Positions 23,999-24,000 of a stretch of DNA of 24,000 nt are shown in pieces. The translations under genes and the position numbers were made by a program. How positions within the stretch are numbered: position 1 is the first letter of the stretch; every line of letters starts with the position of its first letter. The stretch lies in sequence record JX569801.1. One strand, written 5' to 3'. The notes under the pieces were generated by a model. The model saw nothing but the letters and a program-made list of their open reading frames with translations. It had not been told where the DNA came from and made no database searches. This stretch comes from Campylobacter phage CP30A.

Positions 23999-24000
23999 TA

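Overview
AT-rich (roughly 26% GC by eye), densely packed DNA from a T4-like myovirus. Gene content and baseplate set resemble Campylobacter-type T4-like phages, but that assignment is inference. The left part (about 1-11,540, minus strand) carries nucleotide and DNA-metabolism genes: a gp33-like late-transcription factor candidate, dUTPase, an FAD-dependent oxidoreductase, a DUF3310 protein, an exported SLT transglycosylase, a DUF2828/TROVE-like protein, both subunits of a T4-type topoisomerase II with a repeat-containing endonuclease gene between them, and an AAA+ ATPase. The right part (about 12,000-22,300) is a baseplate module: CBM5/12-like protein, tail-tube-fold protein, two gp26-like zinc proteins, an 887-aa protein with an embedded M15 peptidase, gp48-like, a split gp54/gp48-like, gp53-like, gp27-like, gp5-like spike and PAAR tip. 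A second copy of the endonuclease follows. Strongest non-coding observations: (1) a conspicuous structured region (4,894-5,116) directly upstream of the DUF2828/TROVE-like gene, with mutually exclusive hairpins, a two-stem closed fold and an anti-Shine-Dalgarno-like segment; (2) a 33-nt promoter-like motif repeated at least five times; (3) several promoters embedded in Shine-Dalgarno-sequestering hairpins or perfect palindromes, suggesting start-site-dependent translation control; (4) two related endonuclease genes whose similarity stops exactly at the regulatory element of the downstream gene.
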